A stretch of 64,000 nt of DNA from positions 97,650,001-97,714,000 of the forward strand of contig OX597821.1 of assembly GCA_951406725.2 (NCBI GenBank), given 5' to 3'. Position 1 is the stretch's first letter. Each line of letters begins with the position of its first letter. The notes under the pieces were generated by a model that worked only from the letters and a program-made list of their open reading frames with translations, did not search any database and had not been told where the DNA came from. Below, piece after piece: positions 63,880 through 64,000 of the stretch. The translations under genes were made by a program, and so were the position numbers. This DNA comes from Octopus vulgaris (taxonomy: Eukaryota).

Positions 63880-64000
63880 TATATTCTACTACAACTCAGA
63901 ACTGGTCCAAATTTTGTGAGTGAATTTGGTGTATGGAAACTGAAAGAAGCTTGTTACACATGCACACACACGCACACATGTGTGTGTTTGTATCTTGAAA

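Overview
AT-rich, microsatellite-dense eukaryotic DNA. The SINE families look like those of a cephalopod (Octopus-like) genome; this is an inference from repeat content only. The window is almost all intronic or intergenic mobile-element debris: tRNA-derived SINEs, RTE, CR1 and R4/Dong LINE pieces, a Penelope-like element (PLE), a Gypsy element, Tc1, mariner, hAT and piggyBac-type DNA transposons, and non-autonomous Helitrons. Only one host coding exon is convincing: 63260-63455, the second half of a LIM domain resembling hillarin. The strongest unexplained signal is a set of about 20 type I hammerhead-ribozyme (HHR)-like motifs from about eight sequence families. They lie in short, mostly (TA)n-flanked, often inverted-duplicated non-coding elements, in one 359-nt direct repeat and in the PLE terminal repeat. 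Several families carry systematic catalytic-core variants (G3:C8 swap, U4C, A6U). Also seen: a U6 snRNA-SINE chimera and old fold-back palindromes centred on (TA)n. All motifs were read by eye, so coordinates may be off by a few bases and no ribozyme activity is demonstrated.
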